A stretch of 35,784 nucleotides of DNA, from positions 1 to 35,784 of IMG/VR virus record IMGVR_UViG_3300016476_000957, one strand, 5' to 3'. Of the stretch, positions 7,490 through 16,959 are shown piece by piece. The stretch's first letter is position 1. Each line of letters starts with the position of its first letter. The notes below the pieces were generated by a model. That model saw only the letters and a program-made list of their open reading frames with translations. It searched no databases and was not told where the DNA came from. The translations under genes and the position numbers were made by a program. The stretch is from a virus (Duplodnaviria > Caudoviricetes).

Positions 7490-8126
7490 TATGCCAGTCA
7501 TTGTCATAACCGGCTTTTCTTTCTAGTGCTTCCAATTGTTTTTCCAATCTTTCAGCACTTCCCCAGATAATAGATGCATTAGGATCTAGTTGTTTAATCT
7601 TATTTACTAACTCTTGCTGTCTGCCTCTAGAATAAAAACCATGTTCTATATCATCAGCTAAGTTTTGTAAATGTTGAGGTCCATGAATAGAAATCCGTAG
7701 ATCATAATCTTCCCATTTAGTCTTCCAGTCAATAAAACCAATACCTCTAGTTAGTCTACGTAGTAAGTTATGCAAGGTCCAGTTACGGACTCTTACAATA
7801 GATCTGTCACTACCAAAGACATGTAAGAATCTAAGAAACCATCTTGGACACCATTTGGGTTTAGCTTCATAATCTAAAGCAAGTACTAAAGGATAAAGAG
7901 CCTTAAAGTAAGCACCTTCTTCATGCCATAGGTGTGTTCCTAGATAACCATATTTCTCAAAGCCCTTGGCAAAAAAGATATACCTAAAGTCATCTAGTTC
8001 AATATCACGTGTATAAATTACACCTTTACTGCGTCCTTTCCAGAATAAAAAGAAATACTTCAGATTTTGTAAACGTTCTTTCAGTGTAGGTTTCTTATAG
8101 AACTTACTTTGTTTATTGTTGCTCAT
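7476..8126 (-). CDS. Hypothetical protein (starts MSNNKQ)
   Basis: 216-aa ORF. Confidence 0.8.
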   Translation of the reverse strand: MSNNKQSKFYKKPTLKERLQNLKYFFLFWKGRSKGVIYTRDIELDDFRYIFFAKGFEKYGYLGTHLWHEEGAYFKALYPLVLALDYEAKPKWCPRWFLRFLHVFGSDRSIVRVRNWTLHNLLRRLTRGIGFIDWKTKWEDYDLRISIHGPQHLQNLADDIEHGFYSRGRQQELVNKIKQLDPNASIIWGSAERLEKQLEALERKAGYDNDWHNEND

Positions 8127-8292
8127 TGTTACCTCCTTGTATTTCGTTTTTAACTACACCAATTAAATACCTAACATTATTGCAATGTTTACATTTTGCT
8201 TCATTAGAATTTGATGTTTTGCTTTTTTCAAAAACGCAAGTGTGCGTTGGCTGTTCTGTGTATAGTTTCATGATTTGTTTATTGTTGCTCAT
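8108..8292. repeat. 19-bp direct repeat at two consecutive gene starts (8108-8126 and 8274-8292)
   Basis: Both copies read ATGAGCAACAATAAACAAA on the minus strand (MSNNKQ). Confidence 0.9.
8113..8292 (-). CDS. 59-aa hypothetical protein with Cys/His residues (starts MSNNKQ)
   Basis: Not in the ORF track. MSNNKQIMKLYTEQPTHTCVFEKSKTSNSNEAKCKHCNNVRYLIGVVKNEIQGGNNEQQ*; ATGA-coupled to the thyX stop. Confidence 0.65.
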   Translation of the reverse strand: MSNNKQIMKLYTEQPTHTCVFEKSKTSNSNEAKCKHCNNVRYLIGVVKNEIQGGNNEQQ

Positions 8293-8909
8293 AGATTAAA
8301 AGCTTTAATTGTTTTCTCAAAAGGGTTACCTGGAATCTCTTTTACAAGCTTAAGCATTTGCTGAGCTAATTCTCTAACTTCTTTTTGAGCATGCTCAGAG
8401 TTACGTAGTTTTAAGAAATGTGCAAAGCTCCTCCAGTTGAACATGACGTCCATGGTAATCTGAGAGTTAAATGTCTTAAAGAATCTAGCTGACTCTTTTG
8501 CTCTCTTTCTACCGATCTTAGGAGTGAGTATTTCAAGAAACTTATGATAATACTCATTAGCTTCCTCTGTGAAATCAATTAAATCTTGCTGAAGTGTTTC
8601 ATCCCAGTCTTCCGGGATGTAGTACTTATCCTCTTTAAGCTCTTTGTACCTAGCAGATTCACCATTAATACTTACACCAATACGATGCTTAAGTAAATGA
8701 ATATGTGTGGCCTGATCAACAGTTACAAGAAAATGTAATGAAGACTTTTCAAAAGGAGTATGATGCCCTTCACTTGCAAGCATATTTAATAATGCTCCAA
8801 CTCTTTCTAACTTCTCATTGGAAAGATCTCTGCTGGTACTGGTCCATGCTGATTGTGCATGAACCAGATCAGTACCATAATAACCTAATAATTCTACCGT
8901 GTTATTCAT
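8289..8909 (-). CDS. thyX: Flavin-dependent thymidylate synthase
   Basis: HHTPFE, KHRIGVSINGESARY (variant of RHRxxSxxxxSxRY), KESAR, NWRSFAHFLKLRNSEHAQKEVR. Confidence 0.92.
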   Translation of the reverse strand: MNNTVELLGYYGTDLVHAQSAWTSTSRDLSNEKLERVGALLNMLASEGHHTPFEKSSLHFLVTVDQATHIHLLKHRIGVSINGESARYKELKEDKYYIPEDWDETLQQDLIDFTEEANEYYHKFLEILTPKIGRKRAKESARFFKTFNSQITMDVMFNWRSFAHFLKLRNSEHAQKEVRELAQQMLKLVKEIPGNPFEKTIKAFNL

Positions 8910-9334
8910 TAAATAAGTTTTTTTTCAATCAATAGTTTTTCAATCTCAACCCAATCTACAAAAGCTCTGTGAGAAAGTTCAGGATCATATTTTAAAGGAC
9001 AACCTAAAGCAGAATCATCAATCATAACCTCAGCAAAAGACTTAGGACTGTTAGTCCAATTTCTTTGTGTTGGGTTTGCTTGAATTCCATATAAAGGAAT
9101 GCCATTTTCTTTAAACCAGTTGACAGCATCAGTTAAAAATGTACCTGTAACATCCTGTATTAAAGGATCTCCTGGATCATTCTTTTCCAATCTGTCATCT
9201 CTCATTGTAAATAAAATCAAATGATGACCTGCAGCAACTAGTTTTTTAAGTACTGGCACTGCTCCTATATCTTTACCTACACGTGGAAAGTCATGTGTTA
9301 CAACTGTTCCATCAAAATCAATATTGAATGTCAT
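8909..9334 (-). CDS. HAD-superfamily hydrolase (BT0820-like)
   Basis: Motif I IDFDGTV, motif II ILFTMR, and SPK...MIDD. Confidence 0.8.
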   Translation of the reverse strand: MTFNIDFDGTVVTHDFPRVGKDIGAVPVLKKLVAAGHHLILFTMRDDRLEKNDPGDPLIQDVTGTFLTDAVNWFKENGIPLYGIQANPTQRNWTNSPKSFAEVMIDDSALGCPLKYDPELSHRAFVDWVEIEKLLIEKKLI

Positions 9335-9969
9335 TACTTGATAATATTTTCAGTTAATAAAATCTCCTTTACTTTGTCAATGAGTTTCTCAAGATTACCA
9401 TCATTTTCAATAACATAATCAAATTCATGTCCGTCTAAAGCTGTTTCACTTGGATGAGCCTCAGCAAGTTCTTTCATAGAATTACCATGGCCAGGACGGT
9501 TAACTCTAATTACAATACCACCTTTTTCTTTGATTGCTTTGAATTCATTTGGAAATCTAACATCTGTGATAACCCACTGTTTGTCTTCTGTGTAATCTGC
9601 AAAGAGTGCATTTACCCAAACATTTTCATGAAGACCATTTCTCATAGCTTCAGTTCCAAGTTTTTGTAATAGATCTCTTACAGACATCATTTCAACAAAG
9701 GTGATATCCTTAAAAGGTTCAATTGCATTTAAAGGATTTTGTTTGGTAGGTCTACCCCACTCAGATCCAAGAATTGTTTTTTTAAATTCTTGATCTTCAA
9801 ACTTTTCTATAGGAATTCCTGTAAGTAAACTGGCAATGATTTTTAATTTACCAGCAAACTTCATGTTTTCCCAAGTGCCTCCGTTGTTTGTAAAGCCCAA
9901 CTGTCTAATAATAATACCAACAGTATCTTTACCGGCACCTATTTTACCACTAATTCCTATCAAGTTCAT
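9334..9969 (-). CDS. Deoxynucleoside monophosphate kinase
   Basis: IGISGKIGAGKDT P-loop, FAGKLK, RDLLQKLGTE, ITDVRFPNE, HPSET. Start 9969 (or 9978). Confidence 0.9.
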   Translation of the reverse strand: MNLIGISGKIGAGKDTVGIIIRQLGFTNNGGTWENMKFAGKLKIIASLLTGIPIEKFEDQEFKKTILGSEWGRPTKQNPLNAIEPFKDITFVEMMSVRDLLQKLGTEAMRNGLHENVWVNALFADYTEDKQWVITDVRFPNEFKAIKEKGGIVIRVNRPGHGNSMKELAEAHPSETALDGHEFDYVIENDGNLEKLIDKVKEILLTENIIK

Positions 9970-10192
9970 CTTCTTCACTAACTAAAATGTCAAAGTGATC
10001 ACCTAATTTTCTTAATGTACTGCCTAGGTGTTTGGCTAAATTTTTTACTGCTTCTGGACCAAGTGAATTTAACCATTCATCTTGTTTTTCTTCAGGGCAA
10101 TCCTCAAAGCATGTTGGTTGTCTACTTTCTTCATCTTCAAATTTGTGGAAGATGTAAACACCACTTAGGTTTCTACGTTTTGTCTGTTCCAT
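9950..10192 (-). CDS. Hypothetical protein
   Basis: ORF track gives 9950..10210; likely start MEQTK at 10192. Confidence 0.7.
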   Translation of the reverse strand: MEQTKRRNLSGVYIFHKFEDEESRQPTCFEDCPEEKQDEWLNSLGPEAVKNLAKHLGSTLRKLGDHFDILVSEEDELDRN

Positions 10193-10514
10193 TTTTACTA
10201 ATATTTTCAATTTGTTTTAGAATATCATTCAAAAGTAAACCTATTTTAACTTGCGTCTTGTGTTTGCTTTTGGGATTATATAACTCACTAAGTATTCTAT
10301 ATTGAGCATTTAACTCTTCTACTTTATGCTTGTGAGAATTATAATTAGATTGGATACTCACTGCAGTAAGTAAATCAAATTGATCACCCTGATTAATTAG
10401 GGCATGCATTGTATCTTGAATTAGACCGGCTATATTTTCAGATACAGAAAGACCTACCATTGCTAGACCAGTAGCCACTTCTTGATTAGTAAGCTTTTTA
10501 GATTCTAATTCCAT
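10173..10514 (-). CDS. Hypothetical protein
   Basis: 113-aa ORF overlapping both neighbours. Confidence 0.7.
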   Translation of the reverse strand: MELESKKLTNQEVATGLAMVGLSVSENIAGLIQDTMHALINQGDQFDLLTAVSIQSNYNSHKHKVEELNAQYRILSELYNPKSKHKTQVKIGLLLNDILKQIENISKNGTDKT

Positions 10515-10893
10515 TATCTTTCCTGTATTGAATTTCTTTTCTAATAAGATTCATATGCCATTCAGGACCACCATAATCTAAAATAGCTTCTAAGTGATCA
10601 TCTTCCATTTCAGATAATGGTATCCATTTAAGCGGTTGTTTACCATCTACACCTCTTGAACCACGTGTAGCATACTGTCTAACGGTTTCATACGGATCAT
10701 CATCATATACTGCAAAGATTTTGATTTTACTCATATCTTTAGCACCATATCTTAAATAATCTGTGCCTCCATCTACCATTGCATTATTAGGGCAAGAGCA
10801 CGTTTTATAATCATGTCTATGGTAACTTACAATTGTTTCATTGCATTCCTGACATGTCACAGAATTATAAACTAGTTGTTTTCTTTCTTCCAT
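10498..10893 (-). CDS. Zn-ribbon phage protein (DUF7695-like)
   Basis: NSVTCQECNETIVSYHRHDYKTCSC...VDGGTDYLR. Confidence 0.8.
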   Translation of the reverse strand: MEERKQLVYNSVTCQECNETIVSYHRHDYKTCSCPNNAMVDGGTDYLRYGAKDMSKIKIFAVYDDDPYETVRQYATRGSRGVDGKQPLKWIPLSEMEDDHLEAILDYGGPEWHMNLIRKEIQYRKDNGIRI

Positions 10894-10988
10894 TATTTAG
10901 GTATTAAAAGTGACAGGCAGAGCATTACTGATAAATAAATCAATAAATAAAGAAATGTTTTTAATTCATCTCTGTCAATATTTTTCAT
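10893..10988 (-). CDS. 31-aa single-TM micropeptide
   Basis: MKNIDRDELKTFLYLLIYLSVMLCLSLLIPK*; TAATG overlaps at both ends fill the gap exactly. Confidence 0.65.
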   Translation of the reverse strand: MKNIDRDELKTFLYLLIYLSVMLCLSLLIPK

Positions 10989-11290
10989 TACTTATCCTTA
11001 ACAAACTGACCATTTACCATTTTACCGGTACGTTTACTGATCACATTATAAGCAGACTCAAGGCAATCTTCTAATTTAAGATTTTGCATCTTGGCCTGGA
11101 TAATTAAAGTAACCATGATATCACCCATTGAGTCAATGATTTCTTCACGGTCATTTGTGTTTACTGCTCTACAAAACTCTGTAGTTTCTTCTAAAGTTTT
11201 AAGAGCTTGAGCCATAGGTGTAGCCTTGGACAAGATTCCCTTGTCCAAAGCCCACTGCTCTACTGCGGATTCTAATTCTGAGTAGTTCAT
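10988..11290 (-). CDS. MazG-like NTP pyrophosphohydrolase
   Basis: QWALDKGI, KTLEETTE, DSMGD, AYNVISKRTGKMVNGQFVK. Confidence 0.85.
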   Translation of the reverse strand: MNYSELESAVEQWALDKGILSKATPMAQALKTLEETTEFCRAVNTNDREEIIDSMGDIMVTLIIQAKMQNLKLEDCLESAYNVISKRTGKMVNGQFVKDK

Positions 11291-11291
11291 A

Positions 11292-13295
11292 TTAAAATAG
11301 TGTAAGTTGATTTGCTGATGCGTTTAAGATGTTGTTAATTTCAGATTCAATTGCTTCAATGTAATATGATTTATCAATACCATAGCTTTCCCACTGTGGT
11401 TTGATTTCTATTTTATTGAATAGCTTTTGCATCCATTTACCAGCTTCAAGCTGGATTTGTCTTCCGTCTACTGTGTTTACTTTGATTATTTTAACTTCTT
11501 GTCTGCCACCTACTTTAGCAACATAGTATCTGTTGATCTTCTGAAGATCTTCTTCATAGTATTCACCATCTCTAATTGCTTTAGCAACTTGTTTCCATTC
11601 ACCTCTAGATTTGCTACCTATACAATAATCAAGAATGTTTCTGTTCTGTTCTAGATAGTCATGAGGTAAAATATCATGGATAAAATAATGATAGATTGCT
11701 TTAGGAATAATCAGTTTAGATTTATTCTTATGCAAGGCTAGATCATAAAAGTCAAATCTACCTTTAAGTTTGGCCGGTGCATACATAAATTTATCACCTT
11801 CAACCTTGAATACATAGTGAGGATACTCTTTCTTAATATTTCTCCAGGTAGTTATATCAACTTGCTTGAAGTTATTTAAACCAATATAGTTGTTTACATC
11901 ACCTAGTACCAATTTTTGGTACTCATCATGTTCTAGAGAGAGATTAGTAATTTGTTCCCACTCTTCACATATCTTCATGTATTCATCAATGTAAATTCTA
12001 GGAATCCTTGTTTCTACACCGTCTGTATTCTGCATTAGAGGTACAGCATTAGGTATTCTTTCCATGATCATTTCATATAACATCATCAGACTTAGCTGAC
12101 CGTTAATTGTAATTCTCATGGTAAGTTCAGGATCATAGAAGAAACTATCTTTGTCATTGCTTAAGCCAAAAGTAGAATTTAAGATAATCTTATAAACATA
12201 ATTCATTGGGTCCTTTTTAGGAATCTTTTTTCTCTCCTCAAAGAACCATTCATACTGGTCACAAAATTCTTGTTTAGGGAAATGACCCGGTGCCCATTTA
12301 TTTCTGATAACAAGATTTGGGTAAAAGCTCACTACGTCAGAACTCATAATCACATATTCATCATCTGATTTATATATGCCTGCTTTTCTAGCACCATGAA
12401 CACCACCTAAACCAAAGTGTGTTGTAACACCTTTATAGTTAACAGAATATTTAAATCCACCTTTCAAGTTATCTGGACTGAGTTCAACAGCCCGGAATCT
12501 TTCTAGCAGAGATTTAAATTCAGGTGACTCAAATTTTACATAAGGTAGAATGACATCTGCTAACTTGATCTTACTTCTGTAAGTTCTCATTGCCTTGATA
12601 TCTTTCTTCTGTATGTTCAGCTTCTCAGACATATAATAAGCAAATAGTTCCTTACTTATCCTTGGTTCTGAGGCACTGTACAAATTAATACCATATGTTT
12701 TAGTTAGTTCTTTCCTTAATCTGATTTGTGATTCTGATCTTCTAAATATTTCTTTGGTAGACTGCACATCATTTATGCAATACTCTACAATAGTATCTAT
12801 CTGTTCTTTAGTTGTAATCAAAGTATTGTGATGAATAGGCATTTCAAGAATGTTATCCCAATCCATACTATACTGTATCCATTTTAAACTGGATCTCTTT
12901 GCGGGATTATCCCAGTGATGCATTTTAAATAAGTCAATCTGACCAATGGACATTTTCCATAAGGGATAGTCCTGGAATTCTTTTGTATCACTTTTACCTA
13001 TGCATTTTGCTGCATAAGCATAAATGATTTCAGCTATCTGGCATCCGCCTAGATTAGCCCATAGATCATGGTTTTCTATAATATAATGAGTAATCTGACC
13101 ATCAAAAGCCAAACCATTATAAGATATATGCCATTCTCTATTCTCTTCATTCTGTTTTAAAAATTGTATAAAGTTTCCAAAGTCATTTTGTAAATCATGA
13201 ACAATGAAAACTTTTCTTTCTGAGGTTTTATAATGTTCAAATACTGCAACAAAGCAATTCCTCAACGTCTCATAATCCATTATCCAGTGATTCAT
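11292..13295 (-). CDS. polB: Family B DNA polymerase with 3'-5' exonuclease (crAss-like type)
   Basis: ExoI DYET, ExoII YNGLAFD, ExoIII YCINDV; motif A SSDVVSFYPN, motif B KIILNSTFG, motif C QNTDG; DVNNY. Confidence 0.93.
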   Translation of the reverse strand: MNHWIMDYETLRNCFVAVFEHYKTSERKVFIVHDLQNDFGNFIQFLKQNEENREWHISYNGLAFDGQITHYIIENHDLWANLGGCQIAEIIYAYAAKCIGKSDTKEFQDYPLWKMSIGQIDLFKMHHWDNPAKRSSLKWIQYSMDWDNILEMPIHHNTLITTKEQIDTIVEYCINDVQSTKEIFRRSESQIRLRKELTKTYGINLYSASEPRISKELFAYYMSEKLNIQKKDIKAMRTYRSKIKLADVILPYVKFESPEFKSLLERFRAVELSPDNLKGGFKYSVNYKGVTTHFGLGGVHGARKAGIYKSDDEYVIMSSDVVSFYPNLVIRNKWAPGHFPKQEFCDQYEWFFEERKKIPKKDPMNYVYKIILNSTFGLSNDKDSFFYDPELTMRITINGQLSLMMLYEMIMERIPNAVPLMQNTDGVETRIPRIYIDEYMKICEEWEQITNLSLEHDEYQKLVLGDVNNYIGLNNFKQVDITTWRNIKKEYPHYVFKVEGDKFMYAPAKLKGRFDFYDLALHKNKSKLIIPKAIYHYFIHDILPHDYLEQNRNILDYCIGSKSRGEWKQVAKAIRDGEYYEEDLQKINRYYVAKVGGRQEVKIIKVNTVDGRQIQLEAGKWMQKLFNKIEIKPQWESYGIDKSYYIEAIESEINNILNASANQLTLF

Positions 13296-13689
13296 TTCTA
13301 TTTAGATTTTTATATTTCTGTTTCACATATGAAGATAAAGGAATGGGATCTCCATTCTCATCAATTCTTACAAACTTAATATTAGTTGAAAGAATTACAA
13401 CCTGATTGCCTGAGTAAACATTGTGAGCTCTTGCTTCCATATAGAATGTTATACTGGTATTTCCTACCTCTTTAACATCCCCATAGATTTTTATAAGCTG
13501 ACCTTCCTTGGCAGGTTTTTTAAATATACACTTATCAATCATAACCGTTACCATTCTAGGTGAATCACATACTTCCATAGCATAGGCTGCCGCAGCAGCA
13601 TCTAACCATGCCAGTAGCTTTCCACCAAATAGATTTGCATGAAAGCCTAAGTCAGATTTTTTAATTGGGTGTGTGGTTATTAATTGCAT
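13270..13689 (-). CDS. HotDog-fold acyl-CoA thioesterase (YciA-like)
   Basis: DLGFHANLFGGKLLAWLDAAAA, MVTVMID, FKKP, VGNTSI, FVRIDENGDPIP. Start placed at 13689 because 13695-13719 is a terminator. Confidence 0.85.
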   Translation of the reverse strand: MQLITTHPIKKSDLGFHANLFGGKLLAWLDAAAAAYAMEVCDSPRMVTVMIDKCIFKKPAKEGQLIKIYGDVKEVGNTSITFYMEARAHNVYSGNQVVILSTNIKFVRIDENGDPIPLSSYVKQKYKNLNRNESLDNGL

Positions 13690-13694
13690 AAGAT

Positions 13695-13719
13695 AAAAAA
13701 AGGGATACAATGTACCCCT
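13695..13719 (-). terminator. Rho-independent terminator
   Basis: Minus strand AGGGGTAC-ATT-GTATCCCT followed by a T-run. Confidence 0.75.
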
Positions 13720-13749
13720 CTAATTACGGTTTTACAAAGGAATAAGAAC

Positions 13750-14169
13750 TTAGGGTAAAATGATACTTGAAGTTTTAGTTTCCTTTACATCAACAAAGAA
13801 AGGAGCAATGTCAAACTGTTCAGCATTTACTGCAAACATATAGACAAATTGTGCAATCTCATCTTTCTCTGTAATATAGATTTCAGAAAATGTTTCAATT
13901 TGAAGTCTCTGTTCCTTTACAGTTTTACCTGCTTCCATGTTTGGAGTCCTAAGTCTAATAGGTTGTCCATTTTCATCAAGTCTAGGCACCATATGCATAG
14001 CTTGCTTCTTTACTTTACTGATGACTGCAAGAATCCCTGATGTTGGATCAAACATTGCCTCTACATAAGGACAATCTTGTGTAACTGGGATCATGCTAAA
14101 GGATTTAACTCCTCTGAATGCTGAAGAAATCAGCATCATGTTCTTTCCAAATGTTGTTTTTTCTGCCAT
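13750..14169 (-). CDS. Conserved hypothetical phage protein
   Basis: 139 aa, flanked by its own promoter and terminator; DCPYVEAMFDP motif. Confidence 0.85.
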   Translation of the reverse strand: MAEKTTFGKNMMLISSAFRGVKSFSMIPVTQDCPYVEAMFDPTSGILAVISKVKKQAMHMVPRLDENGQPIRLRTPNMEAGKTVKEQRLQIETFSEIYITEKDEIAQFVYMFAVNAEQFDIAPFFVDVKETKTSSIILP

Positions 14170-14173
14170 TTTA

Positions 14174-14755
14174 TTATTGGTTTTGCTTCAAAGATATAAA
14201 ATTATCTTTTAAAAATTGCAAGTCTTCTGGTATTTTTTCACACAGTGTTTCTTTAACTATATCAGGTTTACTACACACTTCATAAACTTCCTTGATTAAT
14301 TCTATATTGACACCTAAACTTTCTGCATATACTTCATGAAATCCAGATGGGTTAAGAAAACTTTCAATATAATCAGACGCCTTACCTTTAGAACCAAAGT
14401 ACTGTAAAATTTTGTTCTTTGCTCCAACAGACATTTTAGAATAATGTCCTTGTGTGAACATCATATGATCATGCTTATAGGCTTTAATATCAAACACATA
14501 CACTTGTTTATCACCTAAATCCTGATAAAATTCTAGCATACTGTGATTTTTAAGATACTTGAGCTCAAAGTTTTTAAAGTCAACTGTCTTTTCAGTTCCG
14601 TATACACATATTAGTTTGTAATCTTTAGTGTCAAAGAGTTTATCCCAGCAGATGTAAGTATCTGCCGGGACATATTCAAGGCCTTTCTTTAAACCTAATA
14701 ATGGATAAAGAAAGACTTTACTCTTTTGAAAATACTCTGTGTATACAATTTTCAT
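14174..14755 (-). CDS. Hypothetical protein
   Basis: 193-aa ORF downstream of the exonuclease; KSKVFLYPLLG and GHYSKMS motifs. Confidence 0.85.
   Translation of the reverse strand: MKIVYTEYFQKSKVFLYPLLGLKKGLEYVPADTYICWDKLFDTKDYKLICVYGTEKTVDFKNFELKYLKNHSMLEFYQDLGDKQVYVFDIKAYKHDHMMFTQGHYSKMSVGAKNKILQYFGSKGKASDYIESFLNPSGFHEVYAESLGVNIELIKEVYEVCSKPDIVKETLCEKIPEDLQFLKDNFISLKQNQ
14189..14221 (-). promoter_or_regulatory. Bacteroidota-type promoter (-33 TTG / -7 TAnnTTTG)
   Basis: TATCTTTG at 14196-14189 with TTG 22 nt upstream, about 20 nt before the ATG at 14169. Confidence 0.6.
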
Positions 14756-14756
14756 A

Positions 14757-15755
14757 TTATAGCACTACTTTTCCAACAATAAACTCATAAGGCAATGAAT
14801 AGTTGTTGTTTTTGTAATGATATGCTGCTTTGTTAATTGTCTCTTGAAAATTCTCTGCCCAAATTGCCAATGTTGATTGGGATACATCAAAGGGATATAC
14901 CTGATTATACCTATCAATTACAACAAATTTAAACAAAATATCATAATCCTGCTTTTCTTCAGGGAGATTTTCATAAACTAATTTACAATAAATAGCAGCC
15001 TGCAGCCAGTAATTATAAAATTCAATTGATTCCGGGAAGTCTGCAAGTGCTTTACCGCTGGTCTTTAGGTCACAAATTGTAACCACTTTAGCTTCATCAT
15101 CAATCTGATAGAAGTCAATGAAGCCTTTTAAACCAAATGGTAAATCTTGATTCAACTCACACTCTAAGTATTTCTCTGCAAATGTTTGGATAGGATCTAG
15201 AGCAAAGTCAGTTTCCCTCTTTGCAAAAAGAAGTTTAACCTGCTCATTCTCCATAACTATATTAGCCTGTTCTTTACACTTAGCTAAAGTATCCTGATCA
15301 ATTACATCTACTTTTGGATTATTAATAAATTTCCAGTACTCTAGATTCTCATCACATTGAATCTTAACAACTCTGGCTGAGTCTTCTTTAAGTGATTGAT
15401 ACAGATTCTCTTCTTTTAAGATATCTAGAATAGATTCTTGAAGATCCTCAGACATAAGGTCAATGTTGGTTTTATCCGTCATTAAGACCCTTTCTGCTAG
15501 TTTATGTAGGATTTTTCTAACATTATCCGTTGGTGTTTTACCTGGGACAATTTTAAATTTCTCTTCCAGCTTTTCTGGTTCAAATACAAGGCAGTGAATA
15601 AGCTTGCCTTCAATAAGGTGTTTGTCTAATCTCTCTTCTTTATCACCCAGAATATAATCTCTGTAGAATAATGAAGGTGAGAATATCAGTTTATTCAAAG
15701 ATGAATAACTGAACTTAAATGATTTTGAGTAAAACTCTTTTTCTTTATCTGTCAT
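14757..15755 (-). CDS. PD-(D/E)XK exonuclease (RecE/ExoVIII-like)
   Basis: FSYSSL, GKLIHCLVFEP, KGFIDF, ICDLKTS, YWLQAAIY. Confidence 0.85.
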   Translation of the reverse strand: MTDKEKEFYSKSFKFSYSSLNKLIFSPSLFYRDYILGDKEERLDKHLIEGKLIHCLVFEPEKLEEKFKIVPGKTPTDNVRKILHKLAERVLMTDKTNIDLMSEDLQESILDILKEENLYQSLKEDSARVVKIQCDENLEYWKFINNPKVDVIDQDTLAKCKEQANIVMENEQVKLLFAKRETDFALDPIQTFAEKYLECELNQDLPFGLKGFIDFYQIDDEAKVVTICDLKTSGKALADFPESIEFYNYWLQAAIYCKLVYENLPEEKQDYDILFKFVVIDRYNQVYPFDVSQSTLAIWAENFQETINKAAYHYKNNNYSLPYEFIVGKVVL

Positions 15756-15767
15756 GGTCTGTTAATT

Positions 15768-15811
15768 TTAAAAGAAGGGAGTGGGGAGCTCTCCATATAA
15801 AGAACTCCCCA
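15768..15811 (-). terminator. Probable terminator hairpin closing the AAA/vWA operon
   Basis: Minus strand TGGGGAGTTCT-N8-AGAGCTCCCCA followed by a pyrimidine/T tract. Confidence 0.55.
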
Positions 15812-15828
15812 TCAATTATGGCATCTCC

Positions 15829-16959
15829 CTAAAACGGTAAATAACTGTGAGTATCTATAATTTTGACACCTTTATCATTTAACTTGAGCTTCTCATAGAA
15901 ATGAGGCTTTAACTTAATGTCTTGAAGTTTTAGATCAAATACTGATTCATCATTGAAACCCATAGAATGAGTAAGATAATCTAGCATTTTAATAGATACT
16001 ATTTTAAATGCAAATTCAGTTAAAGCATTTTCACTAATTAAATTCTTGAGCAATCTGTCAAAGTAATGAACATTATAATTACCATAAGGAATAAATTCAT
16101 TGAATCTTTTTCTTAAGCTTTTAATGTTGATACTGGTCCAGTTTGTACTAAAATCTTTTAGTATAGCATGATTCATATAAAAGATCAAAGCAATGATATC
16201 AAATGACTTTTCAACGTTGCAGTTAGCCATCATCTCTAAAGCCAAATTTACATTCTCTTTATCTTTACTATTAATCATTGATAATAGACTATCATATTCT
16301 TTTTCACCAAGAATTACAGAATCCTCAACAGTAACACCAGATAAAGCTGTGTCATATATTAAGTTATCAGAACTCAATATTGCTTTTAAAGTAGATTCAT
16401 CAGATATATAAAGAACTTTATCCTCTATCCAGGGCATTTCTCTGCTTACATCATAGGCTGAAGTATTATGAAAATTCCAAGCCATATTACTTCTAATAGA
16501 TATTGCAACCTTATCTTCTAAATCTACTTGATCTTGAATACTTTTAATAGCATCTTCAACACTCTTTGTATCCCAATGTAGTGATGTACTCTTGTAATAC
16601 TCAATAAACTTATCAAACATTATAGATTCACTCCACTTTCTATCAAGCAGTGAATTGACATAGTCTTCAGAGATAATTTTGTAATCCGCAGTGTCTGATG
16701 TTCTAACTACAGATAAATTATACTTCTCTTTTAATACATCCACCTTTTGCCTAGGCAATGATAACTTAGGATATCTGAAGATAGTTTTGTCTTGCAGTGA
16801 TACTTTTTTAATATCAAGACTTTTAACTCTGAAGTTAATACCATGATCAGAATTCCTTTTGAAAATAATTACCGGCTTTTCTTTTGTTACATGCTTGACA
16901 TATATTTTATGCGTTGCTGCAACAGCTTTTATCTCTAATTGTAATTCAAATGATTTCAT
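15829..16959 (-). CDS. Hypothetical protein (BRCT-like N-terminal segment, helical C-terminus), AAA/vWA operon partner
   Basis: 376 aa; TIFRYPKLSLPRQKV...ADYKII resembles the corresponding segment of the upstream 341-aa protein. Confidence 0.8.
   Translation of the reverse strand: MKSFELQLEIKAVAATHKIYVKHVTKEKPVIIFKRNSDHGINFRVKSLDIKKVSLQDKTIFRYPKLSLPRQKVDVLKEKYNLSVVRTSDTADYKIISEDYVNSLLDRKWSESIMFDKFIEYYKSTSLHWDTKSVEDAIKSIQDQVDLEDKVAISIRSNMAWNFHNTSAYDVSREMPWIEDKVLYISDESTLKAILSSDNLIYDTALSGVTVEDSVILGEKEYDSLLSMINSKDKENVNLALEMMANCNVEKSFDIIALIFYMNHAILKDFSTNWTSINIKSLRKRFNEFIPYGNYNVHYFDRLLKNLISENALTEFAFKIVSIKMLDYLTHSMGFNDESVFDLKLQDIKLKPHFYEKLKLNDKGVKIIDTHSYLPF

Noticed and set aside
6308-13295. DNA hypermodification pathway (radical SAM plus HAD plus kinase)
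   Set aside because: The radical SAM protein fits the SPL family rather than QueE. No FolE/QueC/QueD/DpdA, PurZ, hydroxymethylase or glycosyltransferase is seen, and ThyX plus UDG imply ordinary thymine DNA.
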